DNA of 64,000 bases from Octopus vulgaris (GCA_951406725.2 OX597817.1:51460001-51524000); one strand, 5' to 3'; positions 13,990 through 29,354 are shown, numbered from the stretch's first letter. Numbers and translations: made by a program. Notes: generated from the letters alone by a model not told the origin.

Positions 13990-14153
13990 TAGGCGCATTA
14001 GTGGCTGTGTGGTAAGTAGTTTGCTTACCAACCACATGGTTCTGGGTTCAGTCCCACTGCGTAGCACCTTGGGCAGGTGTCTTCTACTATAGTCTCGGGC
14101 CGACCAAAGCCTTGTGAGTGGAATTGGTAGGCGGAAACTGAAAAGAAGCCCGT

Positions 14154-14236
<83 letters not shown>

Positions 14237-14445
14237 TTGTGTGTCTGTGTTTGTCTCCCCAACGTCACTTGTCAACCGATGCTGGTGTGTTTACGTCCCC
14301 GTAACTTAGCGGTTCGGCAAAAGAGACTGATAGAATAAGTACTAGGCTTACAAAGAATAAGTCCTGGGGGCGATTTGCTCGACTAAAGGCGGTGCTCTAG
14401 CATGGCCGCACTCAAATGACTGAAACAAATAAAAGAGTAAAAGAG
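13990..14445 (+). mobile_element. SINE family A, full length
   Basis: tRNA-like head, internal (TA)n(TG)n, and tail ending 'gaaacaaataaaagagtaaaagag'. Confidence 0.9.
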
Positions 14446-16035
14446 TATGGTAACGGAAAGAATAATATTGCTTTTGCAATTTTTCTGAATTGGTTAAGTT
14501 GCACGACATAACATTTTGAAAGGTCTTTTTACTGGATTATTGTGAACAACGGGTCAACAATTCGTTTACATTATTTAAGCTGCGTCAGACAAAATTCTGA
14601 TTTCATTTTTCTAGTGCGATGCATACGCATATCAGCAAATAGGTTTTGAATCTGTTTATTTATGCTGTCTAATCGACGGAGATCGTTTCCCTGGTGAATG
14701 ATTGCGTGGCCCTGAGGACTGAAGTGACTGCAAAATATTAATATCTGTCACTCTCATTTTCGAGTGATTTTTTTTTCACTTAGCCTGGCGTATACTATGT
14801 CTTTGAACAGAATACGTCTTAAAGGGGACTTCCCTGGACAAGTTTCTACTCCCAACAGCGGAGACCCGAAAGTTCTACAGTAGCGATCTTGGAGAGTCAA
14901 GCGCCGAAATTTGGAATTGAAAGTTATACAAACCCCTGAACTAGTAGTTACCGCGATCTTCTAAAGTTCTCACCCTCTTCCTTTAGAGGAAGACACAATA
15001 CTACAGTAAGTTAATGTTCAGCGTCACACAGCTTTTCAATGCTTGCCGAAAAAGTTCATGATAACTACAAAGCATAAATGTGGATGGATTCAACAAGCAT
15101 TTAAACAACTTATGTGAATCCAGATAAACACAAATGAAGAGTGCAAGTTTAACTGCTTCGTTTACCAAACCAAATCAGATAGTGGGTCATGGAAATAAAT
15201 TTAAAATCATATGAACGACGGTGCCTCATCATATCCACAGCCTATAGCAGAAGCAAATAAAGTGTAGATAAATGGATAAATAAATAGATAGCTAGATAGA
15301 TACGTACATACATACATACATACATACATAGATTGATAGATACATTGAGAGATATACAGACACACAGATAGCTAGACAGACAGACAGACAGATAGACATA
15401 CACAAATATATGTGTGTGTATTCATATACACATGCATGTATATGCGTCCGTAGTTGTACATGAGTATATTGGTGACCCAAATTTTATGATGATCTCACAC
15501 ATGTTATCCTATAAGATATGTTTAATCGTTAAAGAACATACAATAAACACAAATTCTCTTTGCTATGTTGGATTTAAATTAATTAGTTATTTTTTGTATT
15601 CCATAGGGAAGAAATTATTTCGTTTGCATACTAAAGATACCCTAGACCTGGCGTCGTATATGCAATTTTCAGTGAGACGGATTACAATGTTTTGTCTGTT
15701 CCGAAAAGAATCAAGATATTTCAGAATAAAAAGAAATTAGGCCAGAACCCTTTTCGATTTCCTTTCTCCCTTCTGACTGTTATAAGTTTATGTAGTGGGA
15801 ATGATCTTTTTCTTCTTAAATAAATTACTGATGCAATTTGTTCTTAATAGATTTCCTATATAGACAGAACAGTTTTCGGTCGATTTCACAGTGAGCACTA
15901 TGTCTATGTCTGTTAATTGTGAAGGACGTACTTTTCGAGTATTTGGAGCAGTTTTAGTATTTATATACTTGTTAATTGAGGGGAAATATATATTAATTTA
16001 TTTCTTATGTGATATACATGCATACACACACACAC

Positions 16036-16073
<38 letters not shown>

Positions 16074-16076
<3 letters not shown>

Positions 16077-16502
16077 TCTTTTCCGTTTGACCGGCAGTTT
16101 TTTCTAGCGGTGTCATATGAAATTGTCACACATAATTATAACCCTAGTATCGATCTATTGCATTTCAATCTGTTTTAGGGTTAGGGTTAGAGTTAGGGTT
16201 AGTTAAGGTTAGGGTTAGGGTGGGGGAAGGGTATATTTTTTTTCTTCAGAAATGTAAATAAACCCAATCTGTTTCTTAAACGAAGGACATATTCATACGG
16301 CACAGATGTCTTCACCGCCATTGATTTGTTGAGATTGGAGAAATTGATGAAAAAAAAAAATATCTTACAAACTGTAGAATTTTCTCAATAAAGCCAAGAG
16401 AAAAAGATGTTTTATAAACACATTCTACCGTATACGAAGTTTAAAAGTGTTTAGTTACGTTTAAATTATTTAAAAAAACTGCCGGTCAAACCCAAAAGAT
16501 CC
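16074..16502. mobile_element. Non-autonomous TIR element with an internal (TTAGGG)n tract
   Basis: TIRs 'gaatcttttccgtttgaccggcagttttt' and 'aaaaactgccggtcaaacccaaaagatcc'. TTAGGG repeats at about 16175-16220. Inserted in (TA)n. Confidence 0.8.
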
Positions 16503-16526
16503 ATATATATATATATATATATATAT

Positions 16527-16825
16527 CACGTGACCGACCAGGCTATCAGAAGTTGCTACGCATCGCAGGTCACAATGCACTTCGCATTGTTTTAGCCATC
16601 AAGTGACGCCACCCCGCTGGCTAAGCGATCAGGCCAACAGAAGAAAGAGTGAGAAAAAGTTGTCGCGAAAGAGTACTGCAGGGATTGCCACCACCCCCTG
16701 CTGGAACCTCGTGGAACTTTAGGTGTTTTCACTCAATAAACACTCACAACGCCTGGTCTGGGAATCGAAACCGCGATCCTACGACCACGAGTCCGTTGCC
16801 CTAACCACTGGGCCATTGCGCCTCA
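16527..16825 (-). mobile_element. SINE family C
   Basis: Reverse complement of 29352-29646. Confidence 0.85.
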
Positions 16826-16846
16826 AGACACACACACACACACACA

Positions 16847-17147
<301 letters not shown>

Positions 17148-17258
17148 TCGGAAAAAGAATGTGTGTCGTTAGCCAGCTGGAAGGGATGTCTACGTGGGGC
17201 TATAAACGTCTGAAGCACTGTCTTGTATAGGAAGCCACACTTGTTTGGCAATTGTATG

Positions 17259-17728
17259 GGATATTTTCCTTTTGAACGGCACATGTCAACACAATTTCTA
17301 GTTAACTAAACACTTTAAAACTTCGTATACCGGTAGAATGTGTCAAAATAAAACATTTTTTTCTCTTGGCTTTCTTGAGAAAATTGTAATTTGTTTGTTT
17401 AACGTAGTTTAATTTTTCGAATTTTAACCAATGAATCGCCTCTAGTGAGCTAAAATCATTTGCTGCGTCTAAAACTGAGACAACATCCTGTCACTAACCC
17501 TAACCCTAACAAAATAATATCGCAGCGAATGCAATTTGATCAAAAGCAAAAACACATATTTTATACAAAATTAAGGATAAAAACACTTTAGTGGTTTCTA
17601 GAGCATCTATTTTGGCATCTATTTCTAGTCTGTCGGAACGTAACGACAGACGAAATACGGCTACGAATTTCGCCCGGCGTGCTAACGTTTCTACCAGCTT
17701 GCCGCCTCTATTTATATATTTATATATA

Positions 17729-17805
<77 letters not shown>

Positions 17806-19200
17806 AACATGCGCACACACGCACACCAGACGGTTTTCGTTACAGTCTCCGTTTTACTAAATTTATTCATAAAGCATTGATCGACCCGGACTTTAGTAGA
17901 AAACATTTGCAAAATGTGCCGTGTAGTGGGACTGAACCTGAAACCATGTGGCTGCAAAGCAGGTTTCTTAAACTTGTACAGTAGTGGAATATCTACAATG
18001 CCAATAAATACAAGTTTAACCCATACTTTGAACTATAAATATACGTCTCTTTCAAAATATAACAAGAATGCGGAGTCTAAGCAGAGTTTATAACAATGAT
18101 TTACTAACAGGTGTTTAAATATAAATTTATATAATGTTATATTAGACTTACTGAATTAAACAGAACTCGATGCGTATATTTTAATATTCTCATATATTAT
18201 TTCAGGATGTAAATTTTACCTCAGGAACCGAGATTCATTAATCAAACATCAGAATAGACTCTTTGGTCTGAGATGAAATAAAATATATTCAAATTCCATT
18301 AGAAAATATTCAGTTCCGCAGCTGGAATTAAAGCCACAAGGCCTAAATATTAGTTTGATTTCAATAGAATTCCAATGTCTTGTCCTAATATGTTGTATAT
18401 ATATTCTTCAAAATGTATTGAAAAAGACAAGTTTAATGTAGACTTTTAGAAATAAATTCGAAACGTTGCTCAAAATATATCAAAATTGCAATTCCAAAAC
18501 TATTCTACAATACAAATGCATAAACAATTTTTCATATATTATCAATAATAATAAAGGGTAAAATTAATTAATCAATTAATAATTAATAATTTTACCAAGT
18601 AGTTCGGTACGTTAAAAGAAGCATTATCAGTAACCTTATACATCCTGTCACTAACCCTAACCCTCACACTAACCCTAAATTTTAGCCTTTCGTTTTTTTT
18701 TTTCTTAATTGTTAAATTAATTCAATTGTTACGCGTGTGTCTAAAATTATTCGTTTTGTTTTGAGTTTTTGCTTTCGTTTTAGCCTTTCGTTATGTATAC
18801 GTACGAAAAGCATGTGTATAAAATTATAGAATTATTTTGTTTGTTAATTGTTTAAATTATTTTCCATTGCTTTCGTTTTTTTTCTTAATTGTTATCCTTA
18901 AATTAATGTAACAGTTAAGTAAAAAAGAACGAAAGGCTAAAATTTAAGGTTAGGGTGAGGATGAGGGTTAGGGTTAGGGTTAGGGTTAGTGACAGGATGT
19001 TGTCTCAGTTTTAGACGCAGCAAATGATTGGTTAAAATTCGAAAAATTAAACTACGTTAAACTTACAAATTACAATTTTCTCAAGAAAGCCAAGAGAAAA
19101 GAATGTTTTATTTTGACACATTCTACCAGTATACGAAGTTTAAAAGTGTTTTGTTAACTAGAAATTGTGTTGAAAAGTGCCGTTCAAAAGGAAAAGATCC
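17259..19200. mobile_element. Foldback TIR element(s) with long inverted arms containing CCCTAA/TTAGGG repeats
   Basis: 17259-17510 is the reverse complement of about 18965-19200 (GGAT...ATCC ends). 18640-18700 is inverted against about 18920-19000. Termini are related to the 16074 element. SINE fragments lie within 17630-17970. Confidence 0.75.
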
Positions 19201-19294
19201 GTTAAATTCTATTCCACGGTATGTAGTGAAGCAATTTTAGCTGATCCCTAATTATAATTATGCTTATAATTATAGAATTTTTGCACAATTTCTC

Positions 19295-19354
<60 letters not shown>

Positions 19355-19806
19355 CATATATATATGAGTAAGAACATAAAAGGGTTGAGGTTCACTACAG
19401 CTGCTTCGGATGTGTTTTTTATTGGTGATCATTGTGAATTTTATCACGAAAAACACCGTTTACTTCAGGGGGATAAAAATATAAGTCTAAAATTTAACAT
19501 TTATGATTTGGCTCATGACGAATATATTTTGACACAATCATCTCAGTAATGATCAGAGAGTGACTATTAAAGCATAGCTAGGAATTATATGAGAGAAAGG
19601 CGTATAAACCCTTCAACAATCGAGACTGTCCAAATTTATTAATAGATAGTAAGAGAGGCAAATAATCAAGTACATTTGCACCGGCGCCATTCGCCTGACA
19701 AAAAGCATTCATCCAGGGTGGTCTAGTGACAGCATACATTTAAACATACGCACATATAGTTTATATATACAAATCATAAATAACACAAAAAATTTTAAAA
19801 AATGAA

Positions 19807-20215
19807 TAGGCGCAGCCATGGCTGTGTAGTAAGAAGCTTGCTTCCCAGCCACATGGTTCCGGATTCCGTGGAACCTTCAGCAAGTGTCTTGTTTTCTACT
19901 ATAGTCTCAGGCCGACCAAAGCCTTGTGAATGGATTTGGTTGATGGAAACTGAAAGAAGCTTGTCGTATATATATATATATATATATGTTTTTATATCTA
20001 TATGTGTATGTATGTGTGTGCTTGTGTTTGTCTCCCATCACCGTTTGACAACCTGTGTTGGTATGTTTACGTCCCCGTACCTAAGTGGCTCAGCAGAAAA
20101 GACTGGTAGAATAAGTGGCTTAAAAAATAAGTCCTGGTATCAATTTATTCGACTAAAACCACTCAATAACATTCTGTAGCATGACTACAGTCAAATGACT
20201 GAAACAAATAAAAGA
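19807..20215 (+). mobile_element. SINE family A, diverged
   Basis: Colinear with 13990-14445. Confidence 0.85.
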
Positions 20216-20238
20216 GTGTATATATACATATATATATA

Positions 20239-20307
<69 letters not shown>

Positions 20308-20473
20308 ATTATTATTATTATTATTATAATTATTACGGAGATGTACTTGCATAGCAAGTGACCTGATCTGAGATCGTGTGCTGGAACGAAAACAATTGCA
20401 GCGCGGAAGGTGTTTATAAGCCATTTAAGAAACACACAAAATCCGTTAGATTCACTTCAACATTTAAATTTTA

Positions 20474-20524
20474 TTTGTCAAAATATTTTCGTCACTTTGA
20501 GACCGCAGCCAGTTCACTGATAAA
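20474..20524 (-). ncRNA. Hammerhead-like motif, G3-C8 variant, in a short microsatellite-flanked element at about 20333-20537
   Basis: Minus strand reads tttatca-GTGAACT-ggctgcggtctcaaagtgac-GAAA-ATAT-TT-tgacaaa. A9 is mutated and stem II is eroded. Confidence 0.5.
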
Positions 20525-20533
20525 ATTCCGTGC

Positions 20534-20589
<56 letters not shown>

Positions 20590-21574
20590 CATACATACCC
20601 ATATACAAACACACGTACCCATACAAGTATAGTCGAGGCATTACGCATGTATTGACAATCTAAACCAATAAATACATATCGAGAGATATACATCAACAGT
20701 TAGACAATCATAGCAAACAGACTTTATACATACATATACAAGCGCGCTCACACACACCCAATTACCATACACGGGTGACAGTGGTATAAATGTTACAATA
20801 TACGTAGTCTCTCCCTCCACGAAAGAAACGGTACACTGAATTTGATGGCTGTCAGTCTGGTATAATCCCATCGAATATCTTCAGGTTGAGTGAGGATCAC
20901 CTAGGAACCACTACTGGTGGAATCATTACCTTAGAAACGTAGAGACTGGCAATTGTAGGTAGGAGCCTGAAGCAGATGCTGCGTAGAAGATGATCCCGAA
21001 TGCCATGTGAGCTAGAATACATTAACTAACCTTGATTTTATGTAAGTCAAAGGACTCTTGTGTGGACAACATCTCAGTTACGACGTGCTTTCTTCACTCT
21101 GTTACATTTTGAGTAATTCAAATTAAATTCACAAGTTTTTATTAAGATTATTTACACTCCATGACATATTGAATGCTATTCTCTTTCGTTAATCTATCTA
21201 AAAATAGATGTGTGTGCAATGCAAGTATGTGAGATGTATTTGCATACATTTATATAGATGTACGTTTACGCTTATGTGTGCGCGTGTGTGTCTGTCAATA
21301 TTGAGTTGAAAATAAATAAAATAAAGACGATTCCCTTTTGTCAACCCGTCGAGTATCAGAGACAGAATTCCATCGATAACTAAACTCTTTTAAATCTTTA
21401 TTGGAGAATAAAACCAATGAAAGGATTTTCAATTGATAATTCTTCAAATATAGTTTAGTATTGAAGTTATCGAAAACATATTCAGACGCAATAGAAGTTA
21501 TAACAACGAGACGAACAACAATAACAAGAATAATAACCGCGACAACTACGACAATACCAACAATAATAATTATG

Positions 21575-21700
21575 ATTTCAAATTTTGGCACAAGGCCAGC
21601 AATTTCAGGGAGGGGAGTAAGTCGATTACATCAACCCCAGTCCTCAACTGGTATTTATTTCATCGACCACGAATGGATGAAAGGCAGAGTGGACCTCGCT
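21575..21700 (-). mobile_element. SINE family B 3' fragment
   Basis: 'aagtcgattacatcaaccccag...ctggtatttatttcatcgacc...ggatgaaaggcagagtggacctcg'. Confidence 0.7.
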
Positions 21701-21709
21701 TTCATAATG

Positions 21710-21777
<68 letters not shown>

Positions 21778-22243
21778 CAACCAGACATAGTTATTAAAGA
21801 CAATGAGGGAAATATTTGTAGACTAATAGATGTAAGTGTTCTCGCTGATTAAAAAATATATCTGTAAAGGAATTTGAGAAATTAAGTAAACATAAGGACG
21901 GGAAAATTGGAATACAAAAGATGTGGCATCTTAGAATGAGTACTGTTCTAGTTATTGTGGCTGCCCTATGTATGATAAAAAGTGGATGTCAGAAACATTT
22001 AGATAATATCCCAGGAGAACCATGTCTCAGAGAATCACAAAAGAGTGTGCCGACCAGTAATGATCACATCCTTAGAAAACCCCTTTCAAATGTGTGTTGC
22101 ATTTCATGAAGATATTTCGCTACTGCCCATGCCACTTCTCCTCCCCAAGGTTTCAGTCATGCTGTAACCTCTCTTATCCTTCACTCACCCTCGGAAGCTG
22201 GGTGTGTCTCGGCAAGTGATTGTAACTAATATGTAAAAGTAAA
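21778..22243 (+). mobile_element. 5'-truncated RLE-type (R4/Dong-like) LINE tail in (TAA)n
   Basis: Translation 'PDIVIKD...LIDVSV...KEFEKLSKHKD...KMWHLRMSTVLVIVAAL...HILRK' is a PD-(D/E)xK endonuclease C-terminus. Flanked by TAA repeats. Confidence 0.75.
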
Positions 22244-22257
22244 TAATAATAATAATA

Positions 22258-22537
22258 ACCCAAAAATGGCAGAAATTCAAAAGATAGTGCTCATGGGAAC
22301 TGCTCATATCCTACGCAAAATACTTTCTATGTAATCTCAAGGTTTAAAACAAACATAATTTTCGGTTTTAAAAAAAAAACAACTTTTTTTTTAGACATTC
22401 ATTAGTACAACCCCTCCCCCCAATATATGACACACTAGGCATAACAACAACATGAACTTCCAACCCTGTTGTCTCTTGAGGTCTCTGGGTGAAACTTGGA
22501 GCCAACTTGTACAAATATAAAGCAAAAGTCAAACATA

Positions 22538-22540
<3 letters not shown>
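22258..22540 (+). mobile_element. 5'-truncated RLE-type LINE tail, second family
   Basis: 'MAEIQKIVLMGTAHILRKILSM*' plus 3' UTR, ending in (TAA)n. Same family as 57612-57992. Confidence 0.8.
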
Positions 22541-22580
<40 letters not shown>

Positions 22581-22582
<2 letters not shown>

Positions 22583-22708
22583 TCCAGCACTCCTTGGAAC
22601 CGCTCGAATACTCCGGAAGGTGCTCGAAAAAAGGGGTGTTACCTTAGTTCACTGGTTGTGAGCAACTGACCCGTATTTCATCTTCAGCATTAGAAGCTGT
22701 GCAAAGAC
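22581..22708 (+). mobile_element. Very short RLE-type LINE tail, third family
   Basis: 'ALLGTARILRKVLE' plus a short 3' UTR between TAA and CAA repeats. Confidence 0.65.
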
Positions 22709-22711
22709 AAT

Positions 22712-22813
<102 letters not shown>

Positions 22814-22817
22814 GATT

Positions 22818-23232
22818 TTCAGACGAATCGAACACCGTTGGCCGGATATTGTCATACTGAATGTGAGAGACAAATACAGTCAGATCATTGATGTAGCCAT
22901 ACCAAGTGACATGAATATTGTGAGTAAAGAGGTTGGAAAAAAATCACCAAGTACTCTGAATTGAAAGGGGAAATGGCCACACTGTATGAAATATGAGAAG
23001 ATAATGTAAAATGATACCAGTGATGATCGGAGCGTTGGGTTCAGTTCCATTGAAACTTCAAAACTTCTTGAGGCAACTAGAAATCCCATGCAAGATTGAT
23101 GTCTTGCAAAAAGCAGCCTCATTGGGCAGAGATCACATCTTAAGGAAAGTATTATCTGTCTGACGTCCTTGTTGTAACTTGACAGATGACTAAAGACTCC
23201 GGTGCATTTTTAACCACACTGTGTTACGAGGA
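22818..23232 (+). mobile_element. 5'-truncated RLE-type LINE tail, fourth family
   Basis: 'IEHRWPDIVIL...IIDVAIPSD...LQKAASLG...LRKVLSV*' with frameshifts, flanked by TAA repeats. Confidence 0.7.
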
Positions 23233-23261
23233 AATAATAATAATAATATATATATTATTAA

Positions 23262-23309
<48 letters not shown>

Positions 23310-23412
23310 CATCATCATTATCATTATTATTATTATTCAGTAGTTTTATTTTTATAACGTGCTTTCACTTCACTACCGAGCGCAGCTCTGTGTGCCTTGG
23401 GTATGTGCTGTG

Positions 23413-23488
<76 letters not shown>

Positions 23489-23605
23489 ATTGTTGTTGTT
23501 GTTGTTGATATTTATTAACATTATCATCAGTATTATGATGATGAAAATGATAGTGATGATGATCATCATCATCATCATCATCGGTCGTGATGGAGTGGAT
23601 GTTAC

Positions 23606-23636
<31 letters not shown>

Positions 23637-24863
23637 GATGATGTTAGGTGTGTGATTGACTCAGTGAAGCATTGAAGAAATTTGATCATGGAAACAAACA
23701 TTTCATAGAACAGGTAAAATGAAACGCAATAACAACGAAGAAACAAATATATTTTTTTAAAATGAAAATCAATAAAAAAAATTGATCTATAGAAGAAAAT
23801 TATCCATCGGAATTTTGTAAAAAAAACATAATATTTTTAAAAAAACGATGAAGGAAAAAAATATTTGAAAATGTACTATGGAAAATAAGTTGCAAGGAAT
23901 GAAAGAAAGGGATATGGAAAAATAGGGGGAAGAAGTGAAATAGAGGAGGAGAGAGAAATATAAAAAAAAATATTTTTAAAAACTATGAACTTAAATGAAA
24001 CACCCAAATAAAGCAAGAAAGAAGTTTAGAAAGAGAAGATGATAGTTGGAAATCATCCATAGAAAGAAGTTGACAGAAAGAAGAAATGAATAGTAACAAA
24101 GAAAGAAGGAATGAATAGTAACAAAGAAAGACATACAGACAGAAGAAAAGAGAAACAAAGAAAGAAACGTTACAAATGAATGAATAATTGAAAGAAATGA
24201 GATAAATCATTGGAAAATTCCTCACAAAAATTGGAAACAAAATGGCTTCAGATCTCACAAAAGCGTCTTGCTAGAATGACTTTTATTGTTGAAGAAGTGT
24301 TTACCGTTTTCTATATGCTGGAATATTTTCAAAAAAATTTATGCATTTCTATTGCTTCATGTATTTGTATTCCGCTAAAAATGTTGGAAAGCAAAAGAGA
24401 ATTTGCAGGTTTACAGCTAACCACATATGACTAGGAGTTTCGTGGTGATGTCTAAAGCGATAACAGAAATGATGGTATCGTATGGAATGATGGTATAATA
24501 CATGGTTGGTGATCATTATAACGGTTAAGTTACTAAGCTTGAATATTGATGATGCATTCAAGAGATTTGCAGATTGCTAGATTTGTGTGTTTATTTCTGT
24601 GATTAAAAACTCTGGTATTGTCTGTATGTATGATTTTTCTTTGAGTTTAATTTAAGTTCTCCTTGAGAAGGATCAAACCGGTCGCTAACAAAGCGACAGG
24701 ACTTTTTGATTTAATAGAGTTCCTGGTGTTTGTAAATATGTGGTTGAGTTAGTGTGTTGGTTGCACTGTCGTTGCATACACCCGAGTTTTATGCATCTGT
24801 TAACATAAGAATTGCATCTCAGCTGTATGTATGTATGCCTGTGTTTATGTACGTATGTACACA

Positions 24864-25404
<541 letters not shown>

Positions 25405-26074
25405 TACTCACATATATGGTGACTGCTCCATTTTCACATATGATTGACGTGTATTTGTGCATCTTCCTTGTCGATACAATTTCTCACTTCCTGTCCAAGA
25501 CCTCCCACATGTTTCTTTATTCACGTGTCAGATTTGCCTGGTTTGGAGCTTATAAAGGAGACGAATGATGTAACTTCCTGTGGGCTTCCAAATGGCTAGG
25601 GCTGCACACGTCGCCAGTTTTCCATTCCATTGATGGAATATTGAATAAGGTCACCATAAAGAGACATTTGTAAGTCATTACATTATAGTAATACAAGCTT
25701 GTCCAAAATGAGTTCCACTCTGTGTGATCAGTACCTAGCGACAGGCCGAAGCGAGAAATTCTGTATGCGGTATTGGAGCTCTGATTTGGAAGTTCTCGGG
25801 TGTTTCGAGTGTGGGACCACCTCCTAACCGCTATTGTTCTTCGGTCTACTCTCACTTACACTTCTAGCACCTGTCAGAATCCCAGCTATGAGTTAAACTA
25901 GCATATGTCATCATAAATCCTCATCACAAATCCATCTGAAAATTTGATTCAGGATCAAGATCGACACGAAGTATGGTATACAATGTGAAGATATTTATTC
26001 CTCAGTAAAACATACTTAACAAAATGTAAAAACGTTTATTCATTTATTTATTTATATGTGTATTTATTTATATG

Positions 26075-26600
26075 TGCAGAAGTAGGTGGGTGCTACGTAA
26101 CTTGCTTACCAACCACATCGCTCCGTCTTCAGTCCAGTAGGACTGAACACAGAGCGATGTGGTTGTGGGCAAGTGTCTTCTACTATAGGCTCGGGTCGAC
26201 CAAAGCCTTGTGAATGGATTTGGTAGACGGAATCTGAAAGAAGCACATCGTGTATATATATATATGTGTGTGTAAGTGTGTGTGCGTGTGTGCGCGTGTA
26301 TGCGGGTGCGCCTGTATGCGTGTGCGCGTGTATGCGTGTGCGCGTGTATGCGTGTGCGCGTGTATGCGTGTGCGTGTTTGTGTAATTTTGTGTATGTGTT
26401 CCCCCCCCCCACCATCGCTTGACAATCGATGTTGGTGCGTTTACATCCCCGTAACTTAGCGGTTCGGCAAAAGACACCGACAGAATAAAGTACTAGGCCT
26501 ACAAAGATTAAGTCCTGGGGACGATAAGCCCGACTAAAGCCAATGCTCCAGCATGGCCGCAGTCAAATGACTGAGACAAGTAAAAGAGTAAAAGAATAAG
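26075..26600 (+). mobile_element. SINE family A
   Basis: Colinear with other copies, with an internal (GCGTGTGC/GTAT) expansion. Confidence 0.85.
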
Positions 26601-27079
26601 GATATGACAGGAGTTGGTATGGACGGAATGTATAGGTCTTAATGTCGGTGAATTCAGCTCTGTTGGAAGCATGGACGTTTGTTACAACGCTGTGCTGTAT
26701 TTAGCGAGAAATATCTAAGACCAAAGTAAGTGAATTAGTGCAGTGTCTATGGTTCATTAGGAGCGTTGCTTGTGCTTATACTGCAAATCTATTGTTCTGT
26801 TAATAGTATATTTTATTAGAATCGTGAGTTTTCGAAAAGTTTAAGTAGCAAGATGTTTGTGGAAAAGTCAATAAGTAGAGCTCAAATATGGCCGACATGC
26901 CAACTAACCGGCCGTGCTCTCACTTACTCACACTAACACACATGCATAAATATTCAGACATACACACCCACACCGACATCTACCCAGAGAGCGCGTATGG
27001 AATGAAGGAAAAAACTTCGCATTCATGTGGAAGTCAACGCAGTATATGTAATTCTTTCTTTCGATAAGCACAGGACGTA

Positions 27080-27335
27080 GAGGTGCGTGGCTTAGTGGTT
27101 AGGGTGTCAGCATCATGATCGTAAGATTGTGGTTTCGATTCCTGGGCCGGGCGACGCGTTGTGTTCTTGAGCAAAACACTTCATTTCACGTTGCTCCAGT
27201 CCACGCAGCTGGCAAAAATGAGTAACGCAGCGATGGACTGGCGTCCCGTCCAGCTGGAGACCACATGCCATTGAAACCGGGAAACCGGGCCCATGAGTCT
27301 GGCTAGGCTTTAAAAGGGCGCATTTATTTTATTTA
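27080..27335 (+). mobile_element. tRNA-derived SINE, a further family
   Basis: 'gtggcttagtggttagggtg...ggtttcgattcctgggccgggcgacgcgttgtgttcttgagcaaaacacttcatttcacgttgctccagtccac', with a (TTTA)n tail. Confidence 0.75.
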
Positions 27336-28044
27336 TAGGCACATGACCTGGAATTGATGAGGAAAAAGGCCAGTTGATAACATTGAATCTAGAAATCAAT
27401 AATATTTATTTTATCGGCCCACAAGAAAAAAAAATTAAAGCGAAGTGGAGCGAGGCATTATTTGCAGCGGGAACATAAAACCAGGAAAATGTCGCCAACG
27501 ATTCGAACTAGGAGGAAGCAGCTTATGTATTTCAGTCTACATGTAAAGTTGAGTAAGTTTTAGGTCCGGCAGCATATAAACTAAAAAGATGTATTCTTAA
27601 TCTAATAAATTTGACAATTTACATTTGCAGTTCAGTGAAATTTGTAGATGCAATCAATCGAACTGCACACACAAAAACCGTTCTCATCTTAGCAACCATT
27701 ACATTCAAAATATATACGGTTTAATGATAAAAGTTTTAGACAGGATATTCCTACAAAAGCTGTGCAGATATCAACTTGCTGCAACGACAAAAATCGATAA
27801 ATAGTCAAACTACCAATAGCGGTAGTTTATAAACAAAAAGAGAATACAAATTTTACTGAAGCTTAACATTTATCGCGCACAGTGTAGTCCAAATATTCTC
27901 CTCTTGTACACGAGAATATTGCAAATGGATTATTCATGTACAGATCGTACATCTACCGCATATTTTACGAAATAGAAACGGTCCGATGAAAGTGCAGTAA
28001 TGAGTTTTATTAATATATATGCACATAAACACACACACACACAC

Positions 28045-28357
<313 letters not shown>

Positions 28358-28439
28358 TATATGTTTATATATATATATATATATATATATACACAAAAAT
28401 ACATATATATACATATATGTATATAAATAAATACATACA

Positions 28440-28640
28440 TGACCGCGTGTGTACCGTTGGCCACTTTTTTCCTCCGTCTTCCCTTCTCTGGATCTTTCCT
28501 TCTCCTATGTTTCCGACGAAGAGCTCCGCTCAAAACGTTAAACCCTCCTTCTTCCCTTCCTTCCTGAGCGTCCAATAATACTATATTTTTTCCACGTCCT
28601 CGCGTTGTTGTGTTTTCTCTTTGTGTTTTCATGTTTGGAT

Positions 28641-28645
<5 letters not shown>
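28440..28645 (+). mobile_element. About 205-bp hammerhead-containing non-autonomous element (family H1); motif at 28509-28543 has G12>A
   Basis: gttt-CCGACGA-a-GAGC-tcc-GCTC-aAAACGT-T-aaac. Near-identical to 31693-31896. (TA)n tail. Confidence 0.85.
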
Positions 28646-28679
<34 letters not shown>

Positions 28680-28680
28680 T

Positions 28681-28755
<75 letters not shown>

Positions 28756-29093
28756 TATATACATATGTATGTATATATGTATGTATAATGCGAACAGAAA
28801 AAAAGAACTTGAAATATTAGTTATATAGCTGGTGAAAATTACGTCTTCCTCTGGATTGTTCTAGATTGAATATGACTTGTAACTATTTTGATAAATATCA
28901 ACGCACAAAACTCTCAGATCTTGAGTCACTCTGTTCCTTCTGCTACATAAATATAAATACAACATTTGTGTAGGTCGATTGCCAAAGAAGCTGAACGGTC
29001 TATGTCATCTTTGACGGGAGAATCCGCCATATATATATATTTCATTTTTGGATTTGGTTTGCAAGATTCTTTATTTGAGTTCGCGTGTTGGAG

Positions 29094-29273
29094 CATATTC
29101 TGTTGTGTCTGGGGAGAGTCATTTTCTTTTTGTGCCTTATAATGTAACACACACACCGGTAAAATTTCCACTTAATAAAAATAAAAATAAGAAAAAAGTG
29201 GAAATTTTACCGGTGAGTGTGTTACATTATAAGGCACAAAAATAATATGACTCTCCTCAGACACAACAGTATA
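29094..29273. repeat. Inverted repeat (foldback) with about 78-bp arms
   Basis: 'ctgttgtgtctggggagagtcat...accggtaaaatttccactt' versus 'aagtggaaattttaccggt...atgactctcctcagacacaacag'. The adjacent 29040-29105 matches 4800-4875 in reverse. Confidence 0.85.
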
Positions 29274-29281
29274 TATATGTG

Positions 29282-29351
<70 letters not shown>

Positions 29352-29354
<3 letters not shown>

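Noticed and set aside
16175-16220. TTAGGG repeats as evidence of a chromosome end or fusion
   Set aside because: They are short, degenerate and enclosed within TIR elements.
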